NCBI RefSeq assembly: GCF_004010195.1
Contig: NC_057720.1
Coordinates: forward strand, 2,732,822 to 2,752,821
Length of the DNA: 20,000 nucleotides
Direction: 5' to 3'
From: Chiloscyllium plagiosum
Lineage: Eukaryota
Shown: piece by piece, positions 19,290 through 20,000 of the stretch
Numbering within the stretch: position 1 is the stretch's first letter
Layout: every line of letters starts with the position of its first letter
The notes under the pieces: model-generated
Database searches by the model: none
What the model was told of the DNA's origin: nothing
What the model saw: only the letters and a program-made list of their open reading frames with translations
Translations under genes and position numbers: made by a program

Positions 19290-19710
19290 ACATGTTCCAT
19301 ATTTGACCCATCCCCTGGGTAATTTGCTTTTCCATCAGATCCTCGCGAAATGCTTCATTTTTCACTTTAACCTTAATTCAATTGGTCTAAGACATGCCTA
19401 CATCGCGGAAGTATTTATCACAATCGGCCCAGTCTATATCACTCACCATTATGTCTGCATCAATTGCCCCCTTAGCCTCTTCTGCTCCACAGACCCCAAA
19501 CAAAAGTTAACTTTTTGCTGAGACCTCTCACTTCAGGGAACATCCCGTGAAACCTCTCTGCAATCTCTGCAGTGCAATTGTTCCCTGCCGATTTTGTAGC
19601 GATTGGACCCGCGCAGACTGTGGACTAACCATATCTTTCTTTAGAGTCTGCAACAATACTTCCTTCCTCCTATATTCCACCCTGTGGCTGATGATTATGC
19701 TTCCTTACGA
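19290..19710 (-). mobile_element. Old degenerate CR1 ORF2 C-terminal fragment
   Basis: CAATTGCCCCCTTAGCCTCTTCTGCTCCA, GTGAAACCTCTCTGCAATCTCTGCAGTGCAAT and CTGCAACAATACTTCCTTCCTCCTATATTCC are decayed reverse complements of ~5790-6040. Confidence 0.6.
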
Positions 19711-20000
19711 ACTTGCAGATGCAAGGACTACTGGGTTTTCAGTTCAGTACAACAGTGAACCTTTCATCGTTTTAAGTAAAGGTCCTGCTGAGAGCCCTGT
19801 CATTGACGGTGCCAGGAATCTTCACTGCCAAAACAAAACTTTCCTGAGCATAACGCACCGCCTTTCCCCCGGTACCTCCCGCTATATGCCTCATCATTAG
19901 AGCAGATGCGATCGGGAGGTAAGCTAAGAGAATGGAAGAGAGTCCATTCAGGTAGGATACTGTGACGATGCATAATAAATGTAACAGTGGAAATTGAAAG

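Noticed and set aside
13616..20000. Next collagen exon (expected about GFPGDFG.RG...)
   Set aside because: No Gly-X-Y exon with splice sites found by eye; it likely lies beyond the window. None was found in 1-2003 either.
1..20000. CRISPR array, retron or other prokaryotic RT-linked system
   Set aside because: No regularly spaced repeats with unique spacers and no operon structure; all RT motifs belong to decayed eukaryotic non-LTR retrotransposons.

Overview
Eukaryotic (vertebrate) genomic DNA; the repeat families suggest a cartilaginous fish such as a shark (inference). The window lies inside a + strand fibrillar collagen gene. Three phase-0 Gly-X-Y exons with canonical AG/GT sites (2004-2048, 45 bp; 11931-11984, 54 bp; 13571-13615, 45 bp) splice to GLVGPKGKPGPKGRR|GFIGPPGMVGPPGPEGKK|GIAGPRGKKGPKGRP. 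From my recall of the human proteins this best matches three consecutive COL24A1 exons (clade C; COL27A1 is the alternative). The rest is intron, densely filled with dead and often nested retroelements: CR1 LINEs, an RTE LINE, an L2/Crack-like LINE and a tRNA-derived SINE with the same 3' tail, a solo LTR, and many Penelope-like element (PLE) ends. There are two N gaps. The ORF track mostly reflects TE remnants or N runs. The most interesting signals are a set of minimal hammerhead-ribozyme motifs in the PLE ends (sense copies damaged or sequestered, the two intact cores antisense), a long PLE hairpin, and several nested insertions with clean target-site duplications (TSDs). I found no convincing new gene system; PLE hammerheads are a known class. 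TE boundaries are read by eye and approximate unless a TSD is given.
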